From contig JAVLKG010000007.1 of assembly GCA_032128875.1 (NCBI GenBank), forward strand, positions 298,496 to 362,495: a DNA stretch of 64,000 nt. The letters are read 5' to 3'. Shown here one piece after another: positions 1-8,953 of this stretch (position 1 is the stretch's first letter; every line of letters starts with the position of its first letter). Position numbers and translations under genes: made by a program. This DNA is from Candidatus Melainabacteria bacterium 17Bon1m (GTDB taxonomy: Bacteria > Cyanobacteriota > Vampirovibrionia > Obscuribacterales > Obscuribacteraceae). The notes under the pieces are model-generated. The model was not told where the DNA came from and did no database searches. It saw only the letters and a list, made by a program, of their open reading frames with translations.

Positions 1-101
1 GCTTTTGTGAGATTGGGCGCTGGTAAGGCTTTTGGTAATCGGCTTTTTTGAGCGCGCCCGCATAGATTTTTGGATTGTCAGCCTGTGGGCGTCTTAGGCT
101 C

Positions 102-145
102 GCGCATCCACTCCGAAAAACCGGGATTTTTCGGAGTGGATGCGC
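102..145. repeat. Perfect 19-bp-arm palindrome, member of a dispersed repeat family
   Basis: gcgcatccactccgaaaaa-ccggga-tttttcggagtggatgcgc; the core recurs at 46103-46128 and 46235-46263. Confidence 0.85.
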
Positions 146-197
146 ATATCTAAATCCAGAGGGCATAAGTTAACTAAGCTGCTTGGGGTGACCCAAA

Positions 198-1187
198 ATG
201 GTTTCTGAAAAACTTACAGAGTATTCGGTAAACGTAATGGCGTTGGCGCGCATGGAAGCCGAACGCACCGGCAGCGCGAGTGTTGATGTTGAACATATTT
301 TTTTGGGTCTGCTAGGCGAGGCGTATGGTGTTGCGTCTGAGGTGTTGCGCAAGAATGGACTTCAATTGCACGGTGTTCGAGAGCAAATGTGCGAACAAAC
401 AAAAGAAGAACGTTTGGCTCAAAAAGGCAATTATTCTTTCAGCATTAAAGCTGCGAAAATCCTCAATTCTGCGCTTGAATTTGCGGTTCAAATGGAGAAT
501 GAAAACATAGACACAGAGCACCTCTTGCTTGCTGTTCTTGCGGAAAAGAATTGGAAAGTTCAGAGAATATTTGACGACTTTGGGGTTGACGCAAATAGGT
601 TGCGCAGTGATGTTGGGAAGGTTGTGCATGAGCGAGAGTTGAATCCGGCATCCGCTGAGGATGCTGGTTTTGAAGAAGCGCCTCGCAAGAAGAGAGCAAT
701 ATCTCCGACCGCGGAGTATTCTTGGCCTTCTACAACGCCGATGTTCTCTCACTTTAATGACTCTGCGATTAAAGTGGTTATGAGGGCGCAAGAAGAAGCA
801 AGGCGCCTCGGCCACAATTTTGTTGGTACGGAGCAGCTATTGCTTGGTGTTATACCGGACAATGGTTTAGCGGGTAAAGTATTTCGAGATTTAGGCATCA
901 CCCTTATTGCTGCTCGTCGTGAAGTTGAGAAAATCATCGGACACGGTTCTGGTTTTGTTGCTGTAGAAATACCTTTCACTCCGCGTGCCAAGGGGCTTTT
1001 GGTCGGTGCAATAGACGAAGCTCGCAGTCGTGGTTCTGAAATAATCGGAGCAGAACATATTTTGCTGTCGTTACTCGCCGAGGAAAATTGTGTTAGTACT
1101 CATGTCTTGCAAAATCTAGATGTGGACGCTGGAAAAGCCCGTGGAAACTTGCACAATGCTATGCGACGACCTGTTGTGGATGAGTGA
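198..1187 (+). CDS. Stand-alone Clp protease N-terminal domain protein (two Clp-N modules, no AAA+)
   Basis: [50 protein letters not shown]; no Walker A/B. Confidence 0.9.
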   Translation: MVSEKLTEYSVNVMALARMEAERTGSASVDVEHIFLGLLGEAYGVASEVLRKNGLQLHGVREQMCEQTKEERLAQKGNYSFSIKAAKILNSALEFAVQMENENIDTEHLLLAVLAEKNWKVQRIFDDFGVDANRLRSDVGKVVHERELNPASAEDAGFEEAPRKKRAISPTAEYSWPSTTPMFSHFNDSAIKVVMRAQEEARRLGHNFVGTEQLLLGVIPDNGLAGKVFRDLGITLIAARREVEKIIGHGSGFVAVEIPFTPRAKGLLVGAIDEARSRGSEIIGAEHILLSLLAEENCVSTHVLQNLDVDAGKARGNLHNAMRRPVVDE

Positions 1188-1191
1188 CTCA

Positions 1192-2031
1192 ATGTTCGAT
1201 AAATTCAGCAAGGATGCAATTAAAGTGGTCATGCAAGCGCTTGATGAGGCGCGCGTGTTTAAGCACAAAGAAGTAGGATCAGAGCATCTGCTTCTGGGTG
1301 TTTTCGCCTTTTGTGGCGATTCTATTTCGAAGGGTTTTCCGTACCTGGAAGGTGTCGATCTCGATCAACTGCGTGATGCAGTTAGAAATGTGAATCCGAA
1401 GGGCTCCAAAGCTAGCCCCGCCGAGCTTCCATTTAGTGACGAAGCCAAGGAGATACTCGTAAGTGCTTATCAAAAGTCTGGTCACAGCTTGATTTACTCA
1501 CGACACATTTTACTTTCGATGCTTGATAAGCAGAATAGTGTTGGAGTAAAGGTTCTCGAAATGCTTGGCGTTGACCTGGCTCCAGGAGCCGGGGGAAGCG
1601 AAGACGAGCAGTCCGCAGCTGTCCTTAAATGTGCTCGGGAGGAGGCTCGAAGACTCGGACACAATTTTGTAGGTACTGAGCAGATTTTGCTCGGATTGAT
1701 ACTTTGCAGGGGAAGTGTCGGCGCGGTTTTAAGTAGGTTTGGAATTGAGGTTGGGTGGGCTCGACAAGAAGTCGAAAAGATCATTGGTCGCGGCTCTGGT
1801 TTTGTGTCCGTCGAAATTCCATTCACTCCGCGAGCCAGGAAAGTGCTGGAATTTGCCTGGGATGAGGCTCGTCAACTAGGACACAATTACATTGGAAATG
1901 AACATTTGATGCTTGGGATTCTTCGTGATGATACCAGCGTTGCGGCTCAGATTTTGAAAGCGGCTCAAGTCAACACCGAGGAATTAAGAGCTGCTATCCT
2001 TGCTCTTTTCGATCAGCCAGAGGAAGCGTGA
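1192..2031 (+). CDS. Stand-alone Clp N-terminal domain protein (two modules)
   Basis: Starts MFDKFSKDAIKV (alternative ATG at 1180); [34 protein letters not shown]; no ATPase. Confidence 0.9.
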   Translation: MFDKFSKDAIKVVMQALDEARVFKHKEVGSEHLLLGVFAFCGDSISKGFPYLEGVDLDQLRDAVRNVNPKGSKASPAELPFSDEAKEILVSAYQKSGHSLIYSRHILLSMLDKQNSVGVKVLEMLGVDLAPGAGGSEDEQSAAVLKCAREEARRLGHNFVGTEQILLGLILCRGSVGAVLSRFGIEVGWARQEVEKIIGRGSGFVSVEIPFTPRARKVLEFAWDEARQLGHNYIGNEHLMLGILRDDTSVAAQILKAAQVNTEELRAAILALFDQPEEA

Positions 2032-2040
2032 GGCGATTCC

Positions 2041-2949
2041 GTGTTCGATAAATTTAGCAAGGATGCAATCAAAGTGATTATGCAAGCGCAGGAAGAAGCG
2101 CGCATGCTGAAACAGCAAGAAGTAGGTTGCGAGCATTTGCTACTGGGAGCTTTTGCTTCTGAAGTGGATTGTTTGCCTGTAGAGTCTGCCAACTCTCGTG
2201 ACGGTACCCTAGAGAAACTTAGGGCTTCGTTTTCGCAACGAGTGAAGAAGGGCGCCAAGCCTAGCCCGAAAGAATTACCGTTTGACGATGATGCAAAGCG
2301 CGTGCTAGTCAGTGCGTATCAAATTTCAGGGCACAAAACGATTTGTGCAAGTCACATTTTTCTGGCGCTGTTTGATTTTCCAGCAATACTGAATGTCTTT
2401 CGCGATACGAAAATTGACGCGAACGAGTTGCGCTACGCCCTGGTTTATCAAACGCAATTCCACGGGGGGCTGCAAGTTGTTGATGGTTCCTCTGTTTCGC
2501 AGCAAGAAGCCATGGAGCTCTGTCGAGATATCTCAGATGTGATTAGCTTTGCAGTTGCTGAAAGACATAATTTCAAGCAGAAGCATTTGAGTTCTGAGCT
2601 CCTTTTGCTTGGACTTATTCATGCTGGTGGCATGCCCGCTAAAATTTTGGAGAACGCTGGAGTTACGCTGGATTCGGCGCGCGAGCATTTTGTGAAACTG
2701 ATTGGTGAAGCTGCTGAACCAGCAGTGGTGGAAGTAAAACTGCAGTTTACTCCGCGTGCCAAGAAGCTATTGCACAATGCCAAGGAAGAAGCGTTTCAGT
2801 TGGGACAGGATAAACTGAAAGGACTGCACCTTTTGCTCGGATTCACCCATGAGCAAGATGGTGTTGCTTGGCAAGTCTTGCGAGAAAATGGCGTAGATTT
2901 AGCAGCATTGCGAGCGTCTGTGCTAGCTTTATTTGAGGAGACACGTTAG
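2041..2949 (+). CDS. Stand-alone Clp N-terminal domain protein (two modules, diverged)
   Basis: GTG start; N-terminus nearly identical to the previous gene; FTPRAKKLL..AKEEA motif. Confidence 0.85.
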   Translation: MFDKFSKDAIKVIMQAQEEARMLKQQEVGCEHLLLGAFASEVDCLPVESANSRDGTLEKLRASFSQRVKKGAKPSPKELPFDDDAKRVLVSAYQISGHKTICASHIFLALFDFPAILNVFRDTKIDANELRYALVYQTQFHGGLQVVDGSSVSQQEAMELCRDISDVISFAVAERHNFKQKHLSSELLLLGLIHAGGMPAKILENAGVTLDSAREHFVKLIGEAAEPAVVEVKLQFTPRAKKLLHNAKEEAFQLGQDKLKGLHLLLGFTHEQDGVAWQVLRENGVDLAALRASVLALFEETR

Positions 2950-2960
2950 GGATTTCGCTG

Positions 2961-3410
2961 GTGTTAAAAAACTACACTGAAAGAGCTACATACTCGATTC
3001 GGCGGGCTGAGGAAGAGTCGCGTAAGATGCGACATAACTACATCGGCACTGGCATGATTCTTCTTGGAATTTTGGAAGAAGGCGGCGCGGCAAGTCGGCT
3101 ACTCAATAGTTTTGGTATTACCTACGCGGCTGCACATGAAGAGCTTGAAGCGCTCATTGGGCGAGGCTCTGGTAATCTCGCGGCTGACATTCCGTTTTCA
3201 CCAAATGCGCAAGAGGCACTGGCATTTGCGCGCAAAGAAGCAGAGTCTCGAGAGATAAAAGATGTCGCTGTTCCGCATCTGCTTTATGCGTTGCTGCATG
3301 GTAAAGATACAATGGCTATGCGCGTTTTCGATGTGATGGGAATCAACTTTGATGTGATCAGAAAAAAGGTTGCTGAAGAACTCGATAAGAATTACGGCTC
3401 GCGAAATTAG
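2961..3410 (+). CDS. Stand-alone Clp N-terminal domain protein (one module)
   Basis: YTERA..AEEESRKMRHNYIGT, IGRGSG..IPFSPNA. Confidence 0.85.
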   Translation: MLKNYTERATYSIRRAEEESRKMRHNYIGTGMILLGILEEGGAASRLLNSFGITYAAAHEELEALIGRGSGNLAADIPFSPNAQEALAFARKEAESREIKDVAVPHLLYALLHGKDTMAMRVFDVMGINFDVIRKKVAEELDKNYGSRN

Positions 3411-3430
3411 TTCGTTCGCGACTTCTTATT

Positions 3431-3700
3431 CTATTTCTTCCGGTCGAACTCTTGATAGGCTGCGCTGTCATTACGGTTTCCGACGACTGTGACATACAGC
3501 ACAGACGAATCAAATCGATAGATAATGCGAAATTCTCCAACGTCTTTCCGGAAATGTTTGCCGTTTCCCATTGATATTGAATCAGTGGGACGTGGTTCAT
3601 CGCACAACTCAGTAATTGCTTTTAGTATCTGCAAAAACTGTTTGTTGTCGCGCTTTTTCAAGAAACGCATTGCGTCATTTGTTAGGTCTGGTTTTAGCAT
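3431..3700 (-). CDS. RelE/ParE-family type II toxin
   Basis: 89 aa, basic; FRKDVGEFRIIY..VTVVGNRND..Y; overlaps the upstream antitoxin. Confidence 0.85.
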   Translation of the reverse strand: MLKPDLTNDAMRFLKKRDNKQFLQILKAITELCDEPRPTDSISMGNGKHFRKDVGEFRIIYRFDSSVLYVTVVGNRNDSAAYQEFDRKK

Positions 3701-3947
3701 CGCGAGTCAGTTTTTCCTTGATGAAACTGGCAGTCGCTTCGGTACCAATGTAACCAGTCTTTTCTGCTACTTCGATTCGTGCCAACCAATAGTCGTTTTC
3801 AAGCTGCATCAGATGCTCGTAATCGGCCTGAGCGATCATAACTGCAACAGGGCGGCCATTTTTCTCGATTGAGATTGGCTCCTTTTGTGCCGCGGCAATC
3901 GCTTCACTCGTTTTGTTTTTTAGTTCTGTTGCGGTGATTCGTTTCAT
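3675..3947 (-). CDS. Phd/YefM-family antitoxin
   Basis: ITATELKNK..EPISIEKNGRPVAVMI..DYE. Confidence 0.9.
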   Translation of the reverse strand: MKRITATELKNKTSEAIAAAQKEPISIEKNGRPVAVMIAQADYEHLMQLENDYWLARIEVAEKTGYIGTEATASFIKEKLTRDAKTRPNK

Positions 3948-3987
3948 TTAAGTCGGACTATCAAGTTGCCTGTTGTGTATATATTGT

Positions 3988-4018
3988 CTATTTTGTTCAA
4001 AATAGCTATTTATGTCAA
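3988..4018 (-). promoter_or_regulatory. TA promoter with overlapping palindromic operator
   Basis: TTGACA (4018-4013), 17 nt, CAAAAT; palindrome ctattttg-tt-caaaatag at 3988-4005 overlaps the -10. Confidence 0.6.
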
Positions 4019-4084
4019 ATTTATTGCACCGCCTGACTTTTGGGGTTTAACCTGGATACTAAGCGTGATAGTAATACGAGGGGC

Positions 4085-4132
4085 AAAAAAAGAGGTGTCG
4101 CGTGTAGATTGCTCCACAAACGACACCCCTTT
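4085..4132 (-). terminator. Intrinsic terminator of the icd operon
   Basis: Stem gaggtgtcg/cgacacccc followed by a U7 tract on the minus strand. Confidence 0.65.
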
Positions 4133-4234
4133 GCCAGGTTTGGCTGAAACTCCATCAACCTGACGCTTCATGTGGTTAGTCTAAAGCGATGCGTCAGGTT
4201 GACGTGTCAGCGTGCCGAGGGCTCAGCTTGAGCT

Positions 4235-4588
4235 TTAGCCAGCATTCGCGTCCAGCTCGGCGATGAGGCGCTCGAGCTTTTCGACGCGTTTGCAAGCGGC
4301 GGTATACGCACCCTGCGCGGCCGCATAGCGGACGCGATAGGGATTGTGCCGATAGCCCCATTTGAAGCTCGAGTAGAGCCTCGTCATGTGGGCGCGGTGC
4401 TCGCGAGCGACTGCGCGATCGGTCTTCGCCTTGATGAGTGCCTCGCGCCGTTCGGCGGAGTTCATCGCACGGAAGCGAGCCGTTTCGGCTTCGTCAGCCT
4501 TGCGGTACTCGCGTTCGAGGTAGAAGTGAAAACCGACCAGCGCCGCTACAGGGAGCAGCGCGGCGGCGATGATGAAGATTGTGGTCAT
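4235..4588 (-). CDS. Hypothetical protein, N-terminal TM anchor plus coiled coil
   Basis: Hydrophobic N-terminus, GGAG RBS, same codon bias as the operon. Confidence 0.7.
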   Translation of the reverse strand: MTTIFIIAAALLPVAALVGFHFYLEREYRKADEAETARFRAMNSAERREALIKAKTDRAVAREHRAHMTRLYSSFKWGYRHNPYRVRYAAAQGAYTAACKRVEKLERLIAELDANAG

Positions 4589-4604
4589 GTTGTTATGCTC
4601 CCGT

Positions 4605-5183
4605 TCAGAGTGTGAGTTCGTAGCAATTGAGCACGCGCTTGCGACCCTTGTACGTTCCGACCTGCTTGAAGCCGAAGCGAGGGTAGTAGGCGTTGCTGCG
4701 CATGCCGATTGGTGTCTTGAGCGCGACTTTCTCCATGCCGCGTTTACGCGACGCGGTAATCAGTTCGGTGAGGAGAAAGCTGCCGATGCCGCTGCTCTGC
4801 ATGTCTTCGGCAACGCCGATTTCATGAAGAGTGGTGGCACCATCTTGGCGGTGGTAGGCGCGCAAGAAGGCGACGATGCGCCCGTCTGCGTCGACCACCA
4901 CGCGAATGCGGTGTTGCGATTTCTCGCCGTCGGCGTTTTGATTTTTCACCGCGTCTTCGACCACCACCCTCGGCAGATAGCCGAAGGATGCGCGATTGTT
5001 CTTGCTGTTGATGATCTTGCGGATGCCGACGTAGTCTTCGACCTGGGCGTCACGCACCGTCAACTTCGTCGAGATTGTCTTCGAAGCGTTAGTTGCGCCT
5101 GTCCGGATCGTCGTCGGCAGCTTGCTGCGATGGGCGATGCAGGAAGGCCCACCAGCAAGAAGTCCGAGTTTTGATTTCGCCAT
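4605..5183 (-). CDS. GNAT-family N-acetyltransferase
   Basis: LHEIGVAEDMQSSGIGSFLL (motif A), NAYYPRFGF (motif B); GAGGAG RBS. Confidence 0.85.
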   Translation of the reverse strand: MAKSKLGLLAGGPSCIAHRSKLPTTIRTGATNASKTISTKLTVRDAQVEDYVGIRKIINSKNNRASFGYLPRVVVEDAVKNQNADGEKSQHRIRVVVDADGRIVAFLRAYHRQDGATTLHEIGVAEDMQSSGIGSFLLTELITASRKRGMEKVALKTPIGMRSNAYYPRFGFKQVGTYKGRKRVLNCYELTL

Positions 5184-5198
5184 TGTCGTCTCCTCTGG

Positions 5199-5837
5199 TT
5201 AGCCTTCGAGCGCCGCTGCGAGCATGCGGTCGTAGGTGACGCGCCGTTCGTAGTCCGTCTTGGGCGGGTTGTAGGGCAGCGCATCCGTGTAGATACGGGC
5301 GAAGTCGCCGGCTTGCGCCTTGCGAATTCGAGCGTTCCACACCTTGATGAGCTGGGCGGCGCAGGCGTCGGGCAGCGGTTCGCGGCGAGTGCGAAACTTG
5401 CTGGCGAAGCGACCCATCCAGCCGTTGCGGCGGACGTTCTCGAAGATTTGAACAATCTCGGGCACGTCGCTCACGCCGGCGGTGCTGATGATGAAGGGCG
5501 CCTTCTCATAGCGGAACGGCATGGTGCTGCCGTTTGCGCCGGGGGCGTCGGAATTTTGTGCGACTTGCCAGCGAATCTCGCTGCGATCGGAGTAGGGAAA
5601 CGGTGTCACCGGCGGTGTCAGGTAAACCAGCTTGAAGCCGGCGTCACCACCCTGGACAAACGCGATGCGAGCGCCTTTCAGCTCGTGCACCTTCTTGGGG
5701 TGCATGAGGTTGGTCTTGTGGCATCCGGTCAAACCGAAGCTGCCGAATTCCCAAAAGGGATCCGAGCGCATCTCGGTGGGGCGCTCCATGTGCGGCTGCC
5801 GGAGCAGCGCGACGAGCACTGTCTGCTTCTTGGGCAT
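5199..5837 (-). CDS. Conserved hypothetical protein, possibly nucleotide-modification-associated (Nmad2-like)
   Basis: DPFWEFGSFGLTGCH resembles, from memory, the Nmad2 NPF..TL.TC motif; start may be 5849. Confidence 0.5.
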   Translation of the reverse strand: MPKKQTVLVALLRQPHMERPTEMRSDPFWEFGSFGLTGCHKTNLMHPKKVHELKGARIAFVQGGDAGFKLVYLTPPVTPFPYSDRSEIRWQVAQNSDAPGANGSTMPFRYEKAPFIISTAGVSDVPEIVQIFENVRRNGWMGRFASKFRTRREPLPDACAAQLIKVWNARIRKAQAGDFARIYTDALPYNPPKTDYERRVTYDRMLAAALEG

Positions 5838-5940
5838 GTTTCTCTCCATGAGTTTGTTATGAAAGGAGAGCCACCGCGACTTAACGCGATGGCTCTCGGT
5901 TACTTAGACAAACCGCACAGAGAGGCGCTCTGCGCGATTA

Positions 5941-7494
5941 CTACGCTTCTTTGGCGGCGTTTTCGCCCACCTTCTCCACCTTCTCGGCGACCTTCTCGGC
6001 GACGATGACGCCGGTCGTGTCCGGGAATGGCACCGCCGCACCGAGCTTTCCGTCTGCATCTTCGAGCAGCCAGCAGTGCCCGTTGTAGCGGTTTTCCTCG
6101 ATCCACGGATTGAGGTAGCTGTCGCAGTGCACGACTTTGTAGCCGAGCGCGACCAGCTCTTTGTGCCATTCGTCGGTGGTCCAGACGCCGAACTCCTCGT
6201 TGACTTCCATCGCCCAGTTGGCGAGGTAGTCTTTCTTCGAGAGGAATTCGTTGGCTTCGTGCAGCGTCATGCGGAAGTGCGTGACGCCGTCGAAGACTCG
6301 CTCGTCGTAAGCGAAGCCGGGTTTCGCCGACTTGCCTTTGAACTCGCGGGCGAACTTGCGGAAGCGCTCCTCGAGTTCTGCGTCCTTGCAACGCAGCCAA
6401 ACAAGGCGGTCGCCGTTTTCTGGTTTCACACCATCGCGAATGATGATGCGCCCACCCACCATCAGTTCCAACCAGGCGTTCTTCAACGCCAGCCGGATCT
6501 GGTCACGGTCGTAGCCGTTGTACGAGTACACCTCGTGCATGACCGACGAGAAGATGATGGTCGACACCGTCCCTTCAGCGAAGCGCTTGTGGATGATGTT
6601 GCCCATCACAACTGCGACGTTGTGGTTGGGATAATGCTGACCTTCCGAGCGGTGCAGCAGGTCACGCGACAGGTCCATGCCGACGATCTGCGCCTTCGGA
6701 TAGAGGTTCGACAGATGAATCAGCAGGGTGCCAGTGCCGCAGCCTTTGTCGACGATGTAGCCGCCGACAATCCAGGGGCAAATGTCCTGAATCTTCACCG
6801 ATAAGCTGGCGTCCATGCCCTCGCTGTAGACGGCGAAGTCACGACCGTGCGACAGTTCGCCGTCGTCGTTGAGCAGCACGTCGCTGAAGAGCGTAGCGAT
6901 ACGCTCTTCGACTTGGTGGCTTTCGAAGACCGCAGCAGTCTCTGCCGTTGCCAGCTTTCGCCAGTCGCCGCGAGTCGCCACTGCCTGAAGCAGGTCGATG
7001 GGCAGCTTGCCGGCGGTGCTGGGCACGATCGCCTTGTAACCCGCTTTGGCGAAGTGCTTGTTGACGTCCGCGTTGGACGAGACGAGCACCGTGTTGGCGG
7101 GCGTGAGGACGGTCGTTTCGTCCGACTCCGACTTCACGACGTCGCAGATGTGCGCCGTCCAAGCCAGTGAATCGGGGATATCCGCGGCAGCATGGATTTC
7201 GTACGGGCGCCCGAGCTTCTTCGCGAAGCCCTCAGCGATGAGCTTGCGCTCGTTGCTGTAGAGCGGGTGCCGCTTGGTGCCGCCTTGCCCGTCCGCCGTG
7301 ATGACGAAGACCAGCTTGCCGGGAACGTGCTTGAGGGCACGCTTGAGCGAGCGTTCCTGGTCTTTGGTGACGCCATGCCAGCGTCCCACGAGGAGCAGAT
7401 ACTCGGGCTTCACGCCGAGGGCTGCGGTTATCGCCGTGCCGAGAGCTCCCTTCGGAGCGGGTCGGGGCGATTTCTTTACATGAGTCGTGCGCAT
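5941..7494 (-). CDS. Fusion of a degenerate NadM/NMNAT-like domain and a class I SAM methyltransferase
   Basis: N-term LLVGRWH..GTKRHPL..ER..DIPD..W; C-term IVDKGCGTG, GMDLS, FSSVMHE, GGRIIIRD; AGGAG RBS before 7494. Confidence 0.75.
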   Translation of the reverse strand: MRTTHVKKSPRPAPKGALGTAITAALGVKPEYLLLVGRWHGVTKDQERSLKRALKHVPGKLVFVITADGQGGTKRHPLYSNERKLIAEGFAKKLGRPYEIHAAADIPDSLAWTAHICDVVKSESDETTVLTPANTVLVSSNADVNKHFAKAGYKAIVPSTAGKLPIDLLQAVATRGDWRKLATAETAAVFESHQVEERIATLFSDVLLNDDGELSHGRDFAVYSEGMDASLSVKIQDICPWIVGGYIVDKGCGTGTLLIHLSNLYPKAQIVGMDLSRDLLHRSEGQHYPNHNVAVVMGNIIHKRFAEGTVSTIIFSSVMHEVYSYNGYDRDQIRLALKNAWLELMVGGRIIIRDGVKPENGDRLVWLRCKDAELEERFRKFAREFKGKSAKPGFAYDERVFDGVTHFRMTLHEANEFLSKKDYLANWAMEVNEEFGVWTTDEWHKELVALGYKVVHCDSYLNPWIEENRYNGHCWLLEDADGKLGAAVPFPDTTGVIVAEKVAEKVEKVGENAAKEA

Positions 7495-7642
7495 AGTTTT
7501 TCTCCTGCAAAGGAATACGGCATTTTCGTGCCGAATTAGACACGACACCGATGGAGCAAATTCATCGCTGAACTTGCAACCATCGGGTCGTATCCGGTGG
7601 TCGTCCTGGCGGACCTGACGACCACCCGGTCGCAGGCTCGCC

Positions 7643-8953
7643 TTACTTGCGAATCGCCTTCTTGCCCTTCAGCGCGGCTTCCACCGTGCGTCGGGTCGGC
7701 TTCACCATGTTGGCGATGACCGCGTCCGTGAACTTCACCGTGCCGACCTGGTTGCCGTTCTTCATGAACCGCGCCAGATCTCCGGTGGCAGTCTTCGAAC
7801 GCAGCGTCTTCTCGATGGCGCGAGTGACGCACACGGCGGCCTCGTCCCAGTCGATGTACTCCAGCATCATGACGCCGGAGAGGGTGAGCGAGCAGGGGTT
7901 CGAGATACCCTTGCCGGCGATGTCGGGCGCGGTGCCGTGCGTGGCTTCGAACATGGCGCTCTTGGCGCCGATGTTGGCGCCCGGAGCGATGCCCAGTCCG
8001 CCCACTTGACCGGCTGCGTCGTCCGAGATGTAGTCGCCGTTGAGGTTCGTGGTCGCGATGACCGAGAACTGAGTCGGCTTGCAGAGCAGCTCGTAGAACG
8101 TGGCGTCGGCGATGCGGTGGTTGAGCAGGATCTTGCCTTCCGGCAGCTTGCCGCCATGCACCTTCCAGAGGTCGTCCTCCGACACCATGATGTCGCCGAA
8201 CTCCTCAGCCGCAAGCTCCAGACCCCACTTCAGGAACGCGCCTTCGGTGTGCTTCTGGATGTTGCCCTTGTGTACGATGGTCACGACTTTGCGGCCATGG
8301 TCGATGGCGAACTCGATTGCTGCACGCACGATGCGGCGCGAAGCATACTTCGAAATCGGCTTGATGCCGATGCCGGAGTCTTCGCGGATTTCGTGACCGT
8401 ACTTGCGAGCAACGGCGATGATCTCTCGCGCGCCTTCGGAGCCGGCCTCGAACTCGATGCCCGCATACACGTCTTCCGTGTTCTCGCGGAAGATGACCAC
8501 GTCCAGGTCCTGCGGGCGCTTCACCACGGACACGATGCCCTTGAAGTAGCGCACAGGACGGACGCAGCTGTACCAGTCGAAGTGCTGGCGCATGGTCACG
8601 TTCAGGCTGCGGATGCCGCCGCCGGTGGGTGTGCCGAGTGGTCCCTTCATGCCGATGCCGTAGTAGTCGAGCATCTCCAGGGTTTCGGCCGGCAGGGGGC
8701 TGCCGAACTTCGCCACTGCTGCGTCACCAGCGTAAGCCGGCAACCAGGTGATGCTTCGTTTGTCGCCATAGCATTTCGCCACGGCGGCGTTGATGATGCG
8801 ACGAGTCGCTTCCGAGATTTCCGAGCCGATGCCATCGCCGTCGATGAACGGAATGATGGGGCGGGTCGGTTTCACGGCTTTGCCGTCCACGAGCTGGATG
8901 ATTTCACCAGCCGGGGCGGGCTCGCCGTAGAACTTTCTGACAGGTTTTGACAT
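7643..8953 (-). CDS. icd: Isocitrate dehydrogenase, prokaryotic type I, NAD+-type signature
   Basis: GDGIG, KGPLGTPTGGGIRSLNV, FRENTEDVY, VHKGNI, NLNGDYISD, FEATHGTAPDIAG. Confidence 0.93.
   Translation of the reverse strand: MSKPVRKFYGEPAPAGEIIQLVDGKAVKPTRPIIPFIDGDGIGSEISEATRRIINAAVAKCYGDKRSITWLPAYAGDAAVAKFGSPLPAETLEMLDYYGIGMKGPLGTPTGGGIRSLNVTMRQHFDWYSCVRPVRYFKGIVSVVKRPQDLDVVIFRENTEDVYAGIEFEAGSEGAREIIAVARKYGHEIREDSGIGIKPISKYASRRIVRAAIEFAIDHGRKVVTIVHKGNIQKHTEGAFLKWGLELAAEEFGDIMVSEDDLWKVHGGKLPEGKILLNHRIADATFYELLCKPTQFSVIATTNLNGDYISDDAAGQVGGLGIAPGANIGAKSAMFEATHGTAPDIAGKGISNPCSLTLSGVMMLEYIDWDEAAVCVTRAIEKTLRSKTATGDLARFMKNGNQVGTVKFTDAVIANMVKPTRRTVEAALKGKKAIRK

Noticed and set aside
4155-7629. Intergenic hairpins of the icd operon as integron attC sites
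   Set aside because: Only one has AAC/GTT-like ends (CGTCAAC/GTTGATG), which misses the RYYYAAC/GTTRRRY consensus. The stems are unrelated and no integrase is present.
4235-8953. High-GC blocks as prophage or ICE
   Set aside because: No structural, integrase, relaxase or att features; content is metabolic. An assembly chimera is unlikely because host-type REPs occur inside one block, but it cannot be excluded without reads.
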